From the NCBI GenBank assembly GCA_046300675.1, contig JBKCLO010000193.1, forward strand, positions 70,526 to 134,525: a stretch of 64,000 bases of DNA. The letters run 5' to 3'. The stretch is from Ignavibacteria bacterium. GTDB taxonomy: Bacteria; Bacteroidota; Ignavibacteria; Kapaibacteriales; Kapaibacteriaceae. Below the pieces are notes generated by a model that had not been told where the DNA came from, ran no database searches, and saw only the letters and a program-made list of their open reading frames with translations. Below, piece by piece: positions 9,781-19,015 of the stretch. The position numbers and the translations under genes were made by a program. Within the stretch, counting starts at the first letter, position 1; each line of letters starts with the position of its first letter.

Positions 9781-11463
9781 TTACTTCCTTGGCGCAGTTG
9801 CGCGCCGCGCCGAAAACAATTCGATAAGGGTTTGTTCCACGGGAAGAATCTCTTCTGTCCGTGCCGAGGCTAAAAACGTCTGCTCGGGTTGTTCTGTTCC
9901 CGCATTGACGCCAGCCTGGGAGGGGGCTTGCATAGCCCCTTGCGGACGTGGACGAATGAGGTTGACGCCAATCGAAGCCCCATAGGTGGCTGTCAGATAT
10001 TCCTTGAGCTGCTGGAGCTTGTCCTCGAGTCGGTGGTAGATGATCTCTGCCTGCGGACGCAGAACGATGCCCACATCTGTCATGTCGATGCTGAGTACAT
10101 TCTGCTTTACAGCACTCTGCACAAAGCTGAGATGCTCCGGCAATGAATCGATCCACTGCGACCAGCGCTTCGCAATGTTCCCAGCGCTCAGCGAGCTCAC
10201 TGGTTTATCCTGTGTCTTCATGATCACAGGATTGCCCAGGCGCACGGGAATCGGCTGAGCCATTGCCACGCCCCCTACCACTTGCGTAGAGGCATGTGGC
10301 GGAACGGTTGCCGGAATGCTCGGCGCGTTCAGCATCGCCAGCACGTTGCCAAGGTCAACAGTAGAGTCCATGGCCGCCAGTTGAACCAGCGTAAACTCAA
10401 AACGTATGCGTGGTTGCGGCGGATTCTGACGCAGAACGGCCTCGCCTTGCGTGATCATTGTCATGATACGCAACACGTCGGCCTTCGTGTGTGTTGTCCC
10501 TGCCTGTTGGTAGCGTGTGAGATCGGAGCTGGAAGCTTCGATAAGCTCGCTGTTTCCGGTAGTGATTACCGTAAGAATGTTTCGGTAGTGCTCAAGTAGT
10601 CCGAGCAGACATTCCTGGAGGTCGTAACCACGCTGAACAACTGTTCGCGCCAGCGTGAACATCGTTGGAATGTTATGCGTGGCGATGGCCTCGCTCAATT
10701 GGAAGTAAAAGTCCGTATCGATCAGATGCAGCGCATTGCTCACTTCCGACGATGTGATCGTAGTGCCGCAAAACGAGACCACCTGGTCAAGGATCGATTG
10801 TGAGTCACGCATTGATCCGTCAGCCTTCTTGGCGATCGAGACCAGCGACGATTCATCAATCGTGATGCCCTCTTTCGAGGTGATGTGCCGAAGGTGTCCG
10901 GTAATGGTCTCGATCTCCATGCGACGGAAATCGAAACGCTGACATCTGCTCAGGATGGTTGCAGGGACTTTGTGGATCTCTGTTGTGGCAAAGACGAAGA
11001 TCAGATGGGCAGGGGGCTCTTCCAGCGTCTTCAGCAGGGCATTGAACGCCGATGTCGAGAGCATGTGGACTTCGTCGATGATGTACATCTTGTACTTGCC
11101 CACAACTGGCGCATACTTTGCGTTGTCCCGCAACTTTCGAACGTCCTCCACAGAATTGTTCGAAGCCCCGTCAATCTCAATGATATCAACACTGCGCCCT
11201 TCCAGCATATCCGTACACGACGCACACGCATTGCAAGGCTCAAAGTTGACGCTATTGGTGCAGTTGAGCGCTCTGGCAAGAATCCGTGCACAGGTGGTTT
11301 TTCCTACGCCTCGTGGACCGGTGAACAGGTAAGCATGGTGAACACGCTGTTTTGCTATGGCATTTTTCAGCGTTGTTGTAATATGCTCCTGTCCAACGAC
11401 GTCTTCAAAACGAAGTGGACGCCATTTTCGGGCCGTTACGATGTATCGTTGTTCTTCTGACAT
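9781..11463 (-). CDS. dnaX: DNA polymerase III subunit gamma/tau
   Basis: The Walker A motif GPRGVGKTT, the zinc module CNACASCTD and the clamp-loader AAA+ core are all present. I place the start at MSEEQRYIV (reverse-strand ATG at 11463) rather than at the longer track ORF start. Confidence 0.9.
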   Translation of the reverse strand: MSEEQRYIVTARKWRPLRFEDVVGQEHITTTLKNAIAKQRVHHAYLFTGPRGVGKTTCARILARALNCTNSVNFEPCNACASCTDMLEGRSVDIIEIDGASNNSVEDVRKLRDNAKYAPVVGKYKMYIIDEVHMLSTSAFNALLKTLEEPPAHLIFVFATTEIHKVPATILSRCQRFDFRRMEIETITGHLRHITSKEGITIDESSLVSIAKKADGSMRDSQSILDQVVSFCGTTITSSEVSNALHLIDTDFYFQLSEAIATHNIPTMFTLARTVVQRGYDLQECLLGLLEHYRNILTVITTGNSELIEASSSDLTRYQQAGTTHTKADVLRIMTMITQGEAVLRQNPPQPRIRFEFTLVQLAAMDSTVDLGNVLAMLNAPSIPATVPPHASTQVVGGVAMAQPIPVRLGNPVIMKTQDKPVSSLSAGNIAKRWSQWIDSLPEHLSFVQSAVKQNVLSIDMTDVGIVLRPQAEIIYHRLEDKLQQLKEYLTATYGASIGVNLIRPRPQGAMQAPSQAGVNAGTEQPEQTFLASARTEEILPVEQTLIELFSARRATAPRK

Positions 11464-11506
11464 AGAGTTTGCCTTGCGAACTGGCAATCTGCTAAAACCA
11501 ACTGCC

Positions 11507-14371
11507 ATGCACAAACACACTTACGCTCATCTTGTCCACTTTCTCATTCTGCTGGTCTGCGGAATGCAGCTAATGTCTGCTCAGACCGATCTTAACGTCG
11601 TAAGCATTGATGTTGGTGGTCGCAAAACAAGCGTTGTACAGCAACGACTTATCGTGCGGATGTGGACGGCCAGGGATATTGCATCAGCGCAGCAGTCCCT
11701 GCCGCCTGGTGTTCGCGTTATAGACCAGCTCTTGCGTCCCGATCAGACAACGTTTTTTTCTGATCGAGCCCGCCTACAGCGGAGCATGCCGTCAGAATCC
11801 CAAGACCTCTACTCTGCCGAAGACCGACTTACGCGCACATTTGTTCTCGAGTATACAAGCGTTGCAAGCCCCCTTCACATGTCTGCACTCCTGCTAACAA
11901 AGCATGGGGGGCACCTCGAGATCTCCGAGCCATGGTATGTGGCACAGACGCAGGAAGTGCCGAATGATCCAGACGTTGCTGTGCAGTACCATTTGCAGAC
12001 CATCCGTGCACAGCAGGCATGGGATGCATATCAGGGATCGGAATCTGTTATTATTTGCGTCAGTGATGACGGTGTACGTCAGGACCATGAAGATCTGGCA
12101 CCAAACATTGCCATCAACGACAAAGAGATTCCCGACAACCTGATCGATGACGATGGCAACGGGTACATCGATGATCACACGGGCTACAATTTTGCCTACC
12201 AGCTCGATGGTACGCAGCCTGGCTCGACGATGAGTATTACATCGTTCGGGCACGGCACGAAGGTGGCTGGTCTTGCAGCAGCCGCTACAAACAATGGCAA
12301 GGGCATCGCGGGCGTCGGATACAAAAGCAAGCTGTTCCCATTGAAGACTTCAAAGAAGTCTGGCGGCGGCATTTTGTTCGGTTATCAGTCCCTGATCTAT
12401 GCGGCACAGCGCAAATTCCCTATCGTGAACACGAGTTGGGGTGTGGTAAAACCCTTTTCGCAGATAGACCAATCAGTGATAGACTACTGCATTGCGAGCA
12501 ACGTAATGGTGGTATCATCAGGGGGCAATCATGGCGCAGACGAGGTCGGTGCAGCATGGCGATGGGTGAACTTTCCTTCGGGCTACCGCGGTGTGTGTGG
12601 GGTCGGAGAGACAACGGTCGACGATCAGGTGACGCAGACGAGCGGGGTTGGCGTCAATGCCGATGTGTATGCGCCTGGATATCTAGCCTACACAACGGAT
12701 TCACCATCGGGATACACATCGTTCGGCATCATGGGCACATCGTTTGCATCACCCATCGTAGCAGGGCTTGCCGGACTTGTCCGGGGTAAGTGGCCGAACT
12801 TAAGTCCGATGCAGGTTGCTGAACATATTCGCCAAACATCAGACGATATCTCTTTCGTGAACATGCCGATCAGTGAGTTTCGTCCACGTCGTGTAAACGC
12901 CGAACGAGCGCTTACCACTGAACCATTTTCACGTCCTGGAGTTCGCATCACGGCAAGCACAGTGCGCGTTGCACGCACGGGTGAAGAACGTTACAGGGTA
13001 GGTGATACGATCGAGCTTGTCTTGCGCCTTACGAACTACCTGGCTGATGTTAACCTTGAGACGGTAATGTATATCAACGATCTCAACGGTTGGTCTCTGC
13101 GTATTCTGAACGATGCGCAAACTCTCGGGCTGATCCAGCAAAATGGTGTCAAAACAATGCAGCCAATCAAGATCGTGGTCGATGCAATCGGCGCCGGAGA
13201 TTGTGTGCTCGGGCTCACGATGAGCGGTCCACCTGCATACGACGACCGTGATGTGGTGATGATCTCACCGCCGACAACGATGTATCGCTTTGAGAACGAC
13301 AAGTTGATATACTCGTTGTCTGATGATGGAATGGTCGGCTACTCGGCACCGTTCGATCCAAAGTACGGCGATGGATTTGGGTTTAAGCCTACGTACTCCA
13401 TGCTCGCCTCGGGGGGAATCTTTGCACAAATGCAAAGCACGGTGTCGGTGTCAGCCTATAAGAACGACCCACCGTACGCATCAGACTTTGTTGCATCAAA
13501 ACAGTTCGGACGTAACCCAGGTGCTAACGTTGGTGTTATGTCGGACTCTGCTGCAGTTCAACCCATCGGCATTGAAGTGCAGCAGCAGTGCCTGTTTCCT
13601 TCGCAAATAGCTCAGGCAACTGTTTGGAATGTTACGGTGCGTCCAAGCAGCGAGATATCAACGTTGAGCAACATCGGAGTAGGTTATGTGTTTGATTGGG
13701 ATCTCGGTTCTGGCGGCTCCGATAATCGGATCGTGCATGACGATAGTTGTATCCCTGCGTCCTTGCGTGGAGGGCAAACTGCAGCTTTCATCGTAAGCCG
13801 CGATGCGTTTCCACTGGCGGTCTGTGTTGCAGCCGTAAGCGCGCGCCCTGCAGATGTTGCACAAGCTGCATGTATGATGCTTGAAGACATCATTGATGAT
13901 GGTGATGGGTTTACGAGTGCCGACCGCATTCGCCTGCTAACAAGCGGAACGAGCATAACGACTGATGCAGTTGGCGATGTAGCCGGCTCGATCGGCATGC
14001 TTACAAATGGTGATGTCAGTGCAAGTAATCCACTATCGTTTCGAGTGATTATCGGAGCAGGAAATTCTCCAGACGATGCGCGCAGAGCGGTACGCGAAGC
14101 AATCGAGGCAACGACATCTGTGCAGGAAGGTGCAAAACTGGGTGCTGCTGTTTGGCCTAATCCAACTGATGGCGACGTTCAGATTCGAAGCGTCAAAGGG
14201 GCTGCGCGATGTGAGATTGTAGATGTAGCTGGACGAGTGATTATCAGTGAGAAGCTTAGCTCAGATGAAACACGTCTCCGTACAACGACGCTTGCTAGCG
14301 GCGTGTACCGTGTTGTCTTCTATGATGCATACGATAGGCTTCTTCATGTCGAGACCCTTGTATGCAAATGA
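11507..14371 (+). CDS. Secreted subtilisin-like serine peptidase (S8) with a C-terminal tail resembling a T9SS sorting domain
   Basis: The signal peptide MHKHTYAHLVHFLILLVCGMQLMSAQ begins at the ATG at 11507. The catalytic Asp (VSDDGVRQDHEDL), His (FGHGTKVAG) and Ser (MGTSFASPIVAG) are present. A Ca-binding-like DDDGNGYIDD motif is present. The C-terminal …VWPNPTDGDVQIRSV…GVYRVVFYD… is a Por tail. Confidence 0.85.
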   Translation: MHKHTYAHLVHFLILLVCGMQLMSAQTDLNVVSIDVGGRKTSVVQQRLIVRMWTARDIASAQQSLPPGVRVIDQLLRPDQTTFFSDRARLQRSMPSESQDLYSAEDRLTRTFVLEYTSVASPLHMSALLLTKHGGHLEISEPWYVAQTQEVPNDPDVAVQYHLQTIRAQQAWDAYQGSESVIICVSDDGVRQDHEDLAPNIAINDKEIPDNLIDDDGNGYIDDHTGYNFAYQLDGTQPGSTMSITSFGHGTKVAGLAAAATNNGKGIAGVGYKSKLFPLKTSKKSGGGILFGYQSLIYAAQRKFPIVNTSWGVVKPFSQIDQSVIDYCIASNVMVVSSGGNHGADEVGAAWRWVNFPSGYRGVCGVGETTVDDQVTQTSGVGVNADVYAPGYLAYTTDSPSGYTSFGIMGTSFASPIVAGLAGLVRGKWPNLSPMQVAEHIRQTSDDISFVNMPISEFRPRRVNAERALTTEPFSRPGVRITASTVRVARTGEERYRVGDTIELVLRLTNYLADVNLETVMYINDLNGWSLRILNDAQTLGLIQQNGVKTMQPIKIVVDAIGAGDCVLGLTMSGPPAYDDRDVVMISPPTTMYRFENDKLIYSLSDDGMVGYSAPFDPKYGDGFGFKPTYSMLASGGIFAQMQSTVSVSAYKNDPPYASDFVASKQFGRNPGANVGVMSDSAAVQPIGIEVQQQCLFPSQIAQATVWNVTVRPSSEISTLSNIGVGYVFDWDLGSGGSDNRIVHDDSCIPASLRGGQTAAFIVSRDAFPLAVCVAAVSARPADVAQAACMMLEDIIDDGDGFTSADRIRLLTSGTSITTDAVGDVAGSIGMLTNGDVSASNPLSFRVIIGAGNSPDDARRAVREAIEATTSVQEGAKLGAAVWPNPTDGDVQIRSVKGAARCEIVDVAGRVIISEKLSSDETRLRTTTLASGVYRVVFYDAYDRLLHVETLVCK

Positions 14372-17169
14372 CACGTGCTCTTTTTGCAGTAGCCTGCTGG
14401 CTGATCGCCTCAAGCGCGGCACTTGGGCAGCTGCGGTACCTTCCGGCAGAGCCGCCACAGCGAAAAGATGCGGTGGTCGCAGGACATCTTAAGGTACGGG
14501 TTGCAAGTGCCTATGCTCCGGTAGCACGCGAGGTACTGCACGAGCTCGGTCTGCGGATTGTGCGCGAGATCCTGCCGTACGAACAGTCACTGCGCGGCCG
14601 CGACGCACATAACAGTCGGCATCGTGCAGCAAATCTCGAAGAAGCGCTAGCTCTTGAGGACCGATTGCTGCGTTCGTACGTTGTTGCCTATGATCAGGAG
14701 AACATCGCACCAGAGCGCATGATGGAGCTTGTCCGCATAGGGTGCGGTCCGATTGAATGCGCAGCACCATGGTGCGTGATGGAACTATGCGCAGAGCCCA
14801 ATGATCCTGAGGTACCAAAGCAGAGTATGCTCAAGCTGATACGTGCAACACAGGCCTGGGATGTTGAAGACGGATCGGATTCAGTCATCATTGGTATCAG
14901 CGATAGCGGTGTGCGACAGGATCATGAAGACCTTAACGATGCCTTGTTCATCCGAACATCAGAGATACCGGACAACAACATCGACGATGACAATAATGGT
15001 TACGTGGATGATTATGACGGATTCTCTTTTTCTGCCAAAGCAGATGGTGTCGGTAACGCCAATGCTAACAACCCGTTCAACGGACACGGAACAAGTGTTG
15101 CCGGCATCTGTGCAGCGCGAGTGAACAACAGTATCGGGATTGCCGGAGTTGCCAACACCTGCAAGATCTTTCCCTTGCGTACAATGCCCAATGGAACATC
15201 GGGTATAGTCTACGGATATGAGTCGATCATGTACTGTGCTACAAACGGCATTCATGTTGTGAACTGCTCGTGGGGCGGACAATCACGATCATGCATAGAC
15301 GAAGATGTGGTGGCATATGCAATTGCTCGCGGTACGGCAGTGGTGGCTGCTGCCGGTAATCATGGATCCGCCAGTCCATTTTATCCAGCTGCGTACTCCG
15401 ATGTACTGTCGGTTGGCGTTGTAGATGCATCGGACAATGTTGTGCCGATGAGCGGACATGGTCCAGCTGTCGACATTATGGCGCCTGGTCACGGAAGCTG
15501 GAGCACTGCTAATGACGGTACGTATGCAGGATTCTGCTGCACATCGGGATCAGCCCCGATAGTCTCGGCAGTAGTTGCACTTGTGCGATCACGGCACCCC
15601 GAATTGGGCCCCGTGGAGGCATGTGCAGTTGTGCGTGCCACCGCTACGCCGTCGCCATGGGCTTCGATTCCTGCGTCGATCGATCCACTCTTGTTGCCGC
15701 AGGGCCGCGTCGATGCGCTCAGTGCTGTTACAGCCAGCCCCGACACACTTGTGTCTGTTGTGCTCGACAGCGTGATCGTGCGTGGACCTCGACAAACGAG
15801 CCGTTGGACGGTAGGCGACACAATAGAGGTGCGAATTCGTCTTCGCAATGATCTGGCTCCAATCGAAATGAAGCAGATGTCGAACATCCGTTTAACAGGC
15901 GATGTATCCCGAGGAATTGAACTCGTAGACAACCAATCATTCGACCTTTCGATCACTGCAGACAAAGGTCAGCTTCAGACCTTACCACCGATCCAGTTCG
16001 TGGTAACTCGCAAAACAGATACCGCCACATTCGCCGTTGTAACGCTTTCGGGAACCTGCCTCGGGAAACCATTTCAGCAGATACTGTCTGCGCCGATCAC
16101 GCCCTCGAAGGCATACACAACGCTATCCAATCAGCGCTTGCGAGTTAGTATCGGCGATAGGGGGCGAATCGGAAACACCGATCTTCAGCGTGGTCAGGGC
16201 GAGGGTCTAACCTTCGATACGTATTGTGGACAGTTGTATGAATGTGGCTACATGGTCTCGGCCAACGGCAGGGTGGTAGACAACGTAAGAGCTGAACGGG
16301 GAACCAACGATCATTTCAGATCGATCAAGGGCTACATGCTTCCTAATCCGGAGCTTGGAGTCATGCAGGACCTCGACGCACCGGATTCGGTTCGCATTGG
16401 TATTCAGATAGAACAACGAGTAGCTCTGGACTCAGCTCGAGGACTCTTGATCGTAGACGCTACCGTTACGAATGTTTCAGACTCAACGCTTAACGATCTG
16501 GCCCTGGGTTGGTTCTCAGATTGGGATCTGGGGTCGCAACCTGCGGATAACTGGACCTATACCAAGAACAATGCGCAGATCACCCGATCTGGTAGTGGTC
16601 CTATAGTGGCACAGTTCATAACATCGGCCTGGACGGATGCAACGGTAATACTTCACGGGATGGATAATACGACCACCTACAATGGATTTGCAGCTGCACG
16701 CAAATTCCGACTGCTGCGCGCTTTGGAAGCACCATTTGCCGGCATAACGGATGTTGCCACCGTCGTTGGTGTGCGCTTTGCAGGCCCCCTGCCACCTAAC
16801 CATGTGCGGAACTTCAAGCACGTGATCGTTATGGACACCACAGAGGCGGGTCTGTTTGACCGCATTGAGATTGCTGCCAAGGCCTTGGCCATCTCAACTG
16901 TGTCGCCTTGGGTTGTCGACCCTATAGGCGAGATTTTTCCGAATCCGGCAACAGGCTACATCAATGTCCCTGTTGATGGGATGGGCACACGCATAGATCT
17001 TTCGATCGCAGATGCACAAGGCCGCCTAGTTCTTCAGCTCAATAGTGCGGCCGCGCTAGATCGTGCAATTGTGCCAGTTGACACCGAATCGCTTGGCCAG
17101 GGAATGTATGTGGTTTCGGTAACCGATGGAACATCGAGAAAGCATCTTCCACTCGTGATTCGAAGGTAG
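14368..17169 (+). CDS. Secreted subtilisin-like serine peptidase (S8), a tandem paralogue, with a C-terminal tail resembling a T9SS sorting domain
   Basis: It is linked to the upstream paralogue by an ATGA overlap (ATG at 14368; an alternative ATG lies at 14362). The signal peptide is MTRALFAVACWLIASSAALGQ. GISDSGVRQDHEDL, NGHGTSVAG and CCTSGSAPIVSA supply the catalytic residues. DDDNNGYVDDYDG is a Ca-binding-like motif. The C-terminal IFPNPATGYINV…GMYVVSV… is a Por tail. Confidence 0.85.
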   Translation: MTRALFAVACWLIASSAALGQLRYLPAEPPQRKDAVVAGHLKVRVASAYAPVAREVLHELGLRIVREILPYEQSLRGRDAHNSRHRAANLEEALALEDRLLRSYVVAYDQENIAPERMMELVRIGCGPIECAAPWCVMELCAEPNDPEVPKQSMLKLIRATQAWDVEDGSDSVIIGISDSGVRQDHEDLNDALFIRTSEIPDNNIDDDNNGYVDDYDGFSFSAKADGVGNANANNPFNGHGTSVAGICAARVNNSIGIAGVANTCKIFPLRTMPNGTSGIVYGYESIMYCATNGIHVVNCSWGGQSRSCIDEDVVAYAIARGTAVVAAAGNHGSASPFYPAAYSDVLSVGVVDASDNVVPMSGHGPAVDIMAPGHGSWSTANDGTYAGFCCTSGSAPIVSAVVALVRSRHPELGPVEACAVVRATATPSPWASIPASIDPLLLPQGRVDALSAVTASPDTLVSVVLDSVIVRGPRQTSRWTVGDTIEVRIRLRNDLAPIEMKQMSNIRLTGDVSRGIELVDNQSFDLSITADKGQLQTLPPIQFVVTRKTDTATFAVVTLSGTCLGKPFQQILSAPITPSKAYTTLSNQRLRVSIGDRGRIGNTDLQRGQGEGLTFDTYCGQLYECGYMVSANGRVVDNVRAERGTNDHFRSIKGYMLPNPELGVMQDLDAPDSVRIGIQIEQRVALDSARGLLIVDATVTNVSDSTLNDLALGWFSDWDLGSQPADNWTYTKNNAQITRSGSGPIVAQFITSAWTDATVILHGMDNTTTYNGFAAARKFRLLRALEAPFAGITDVATVVGVRFAGPLPPNHVRNFKHVIVMDTTEAGLFDRIEIAAKALAISTVSPWVVDPIGEIFPNPATGYINVPVDGMGTRIDLSIADAQGRLVLQLNSAAALDRAIVPVDTESLGQGMYVVSVTDGTSRKHLPLVIRR

Positions 17170-17204
17170 TCTATGGACAACCTCAGAACCGTATCTTTGT
17201 TGCC

Positions 17205-17972
17205 ATGAGCGTACTTGCCACTACAGTTGCAGACGGAATAGCAACACTGTTGCTTGATAGAGCGGAGAAGCGCAATTCGCTGAGCACAGAACTGATCGCC
17301 GAACTGCATGCGACGATCACGAAATGTGCGCAGGACGACACCGTGCGAGTGATCGTGCTGAAGGGGGCCGGCAGTGCATTCTGCGCTGGCGCAGATCTTG
17401 CCTATTTGCAGAAGATCTCTGAGCTCTCACCAACCCAGAACATCGAAGACTCTACAGCTCTCAAGGATATGTTTCAGTCTATCGCAGAGTGTTCGAAGCC
17501 TGTGATAGCTATGGTTCATGGACCAGCCATTGCCGGCGGCTGCGGATTGGCAACTGTATGCGACTTTGTGATTGCCGGGCGCACTAACGCAACATTCGGG
17601 TATTCAGAGGTTCGCATTGGATTCATACCGGCGATTGTGCTCGTGTATCTGGTTCGCAAAATTGGCGACACACAGGCACGCCGACTTCTTCTCAGTGCTG
17701 AGAACATTTCGGCTGAAGAGGCGCACAGACTGGGCATGATCACCAGTGTGGTAGATGATGATGTGCTGGAGACGGAAGTCTATTCTCTGGCGCGTCGACT
17801 GGCAAAGAATAGTATGTCGGCTATGGGGCTCACAAAACACATGCTCAACGCAGTTCATGGCATGTCGCTGGATGCGGGTCTGCAGTATGCTACTGTTATG
17901 AATGCCCTTGCACGTCAAACAGACGATTGCAAGACGGGCATTGCTTCATTTTTGAATTCATCTAAGGGGTAA
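17205..17972 (+). CDS. Enoyl-CoA hydratase/isomerase (crotonase family)
   Basis: GAGSAFCAGADLAYL and the oxyanion-hole segment MVHGPAIAGGCGLATVCDFVIA match the crotonase fold. Confidence 0.85.
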   Translation: MSVLATTVADGIATLLLDRAEKRNSLSTELIAELHATITKCAQDDTVRVIVLKGAGSAFCAGADLAYLQKISELSPTQNIEDSTALKDMFQSIAECSKPVIAMVHGPAIAGGCGLATVCDFVIAGRTNATFGYSEVRIGFIPAIVLVYLVRKIGDTQARRLLLSAENISAEEAHRLGMITSVVDDDVLETEVYSLARRLAKNSMSAMGLTKHMLNAVHGMSLDAGLQYATVMNALARQTDDCKTGIASFLNSSKG

Positions 17973-17976
17973 CGGC

Positions 17977-18894
17977 GTGAGGATTGCGTTGAGAATTGGA
18001 CCTATGGTATCGACGGTGATTTGCACACTGATACTGAGTATTGGTGCAACGGCACAGCAGGCCAACCTGAACCTCGAGGGCTTTGTGCGTGATGAGGCAA
18101 CAGGGACACCTGTTGGAGCGAAGATGTACATCTTTACCCCATCAGGAAAGCGCATCTCGATCAACTCCAACTCCAAAGACGGATCCTATCTGCAGACCCT
18201 GGCCGAGTCGGGTCCGCACAAGATTGCCATTGCCGGTTACAATGTCTACCGCAAGGAAGAGATTGTCAACATCCCTGCGTCTGAGAAGTTTAAAATCATC
18301 AAGCAGGATTTCCTGATCAAGACTCTTGTGCAGGGCTCGCTGATCTCAACAACGGCTAATGCGTTCGATAAGAATGCTGCATCTGTTACGGAGCAAGGGG
18401 CTAAAGCGCTTGCAGACCTCGGAGCGCTGCTGAAGACAAATCAGAGTATGAACGTTGTGTTGTTTATCGCTGCTGATGAAGACAGGCTTGCCGCAGCAAA
18501 AGCTGCAAATGATGCTGCCTACAAGAAGGCTTATGACGCATGGGTCAAGGCTTCTAAGAAGGTCAAGAAGGGGCAAGCACCTCCAGTAGAGCCGATCAAA
18601 CCAGTCGATCCTGAGGATCCTAACAAGTCCCTCATCCAGGAGCGTATCGATACGCTCAAGACGCGTCTGCGGCCCGTCAAGAACGGCGATGTTCGCATTA
18701 AGTACACCTATGAGCCATTCCCTGCGCAGCCGGTACAGAGCGTTGCCGCAGCAGTGCCGGAGCCAGCCCCAGTAAAGGGCGGTAAAAAGAAGCCTGCTGC
18801 ACCAAAGGCAGCAGCTCCAGTTAAAGTGGTCAAGGTAAGTTCCCTGCCCCAACTTGTCATCAAAGTGGGTGTTGTCAAGGACTTGATGGACTGA
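17977..18894 (+). CDS. Secreted OmpA-like protein with an N-terminal CarboxypepD_reg-like domain and a Lys/Ala/Pro-rich C-terminal tail
   Basis: The track ORF begins with GTG at 17977. An ATG at 18004 begins the signal peptide MVSTVICTLILSIGATAQQ. An OmpA-like core is present (FDKNAASVTEQGAKALADLGALLKTN…VVLFIAADED). The tail …KKPAAPKAAAPVKVVKV is low-complexity. Confidence 0.6.
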   Translation: MRIALRIGPMVSTVICTLILSIGATAQQANLNLEGFVRDEATGTPVGAKMYIFTPSGKRISINSNSKDGSYLQTLAESGPHKIAIAGYNVYRKEEIVNIPASEKFKIIKQDFLIKTLVQGSLISTTANAFDKNAASVTEQGAKALADLGALLKTNQSMNVVLFIAADEDRLAAAKAANDAAYKKAYDAWVKASKKVKKGQAPPVEPIKPVDPEDPNKSLIQERIDTLKTRLRPVKNGDVRIKYTYEPFPAQPVQSVAAAVPEPAPVKGGKKKPAAPKAAAPVKVVKVSSLPQLVIKVGVVKDLMD

Positions 18895-19015
18895 GTGGGT
18901 GTGTATAATCTTCCACTCAGGCCGTCAAATTGACGTGGTATATTTCCAAAAGTAACAGAACGGCTGGCTGTTCGTCTATGAGCATCCATCACCACGTTCA
19001 ACAAGGATCTCGGCC

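Noticed and set aside
10885-11460. A 191-aa plus-strand ORF and several others overlapping dnaX
   Set aside because: They are antisense to dnaX, whose Walker A motif and zinc module are unambiguous.
9781-11463. A programmed -1 frameshift site in dnaX (AAAAAAG slippery heptamer)
   Set aside because: I found no such heptamer in the dnaX coding strand by eye, so I do not claim a gamma/tau frameshift.
11357-11506. A 50-codon N-terminal extension of the first subtilisin ORF that overlaps the dnaX start; similar track extensions at 39670, 33975, 22243, 60060 and 45323
   Set aside because: In each case an internal start gives a proper signal peptide or the known conserved N terminus. That internal start also avoids overlap with the neighbouring gene, often with a Shine-Dalgarno-like site (for example GGAGG before 39802 and AAGGAG before 59808).
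18933-18962. A sigma70-like promoter upstream of clpC (TTGACG-N17-TAACAG)
   Set aside because: The -10 match is poor, and FCB-group promoters often follow a different consensus, so this is not reported as a feature.
18895-19015. An 8-bp inverted repeat CTGAGTGG…CCACTCAG after the OmpA-like gene, considered as a terminator or CIRCE-like element upstream of clpC
   Set aside because: No T-run follows it, and it has no similarity to the CIRCE consensus. It may be a weak attenuator, but I cannot support a call.
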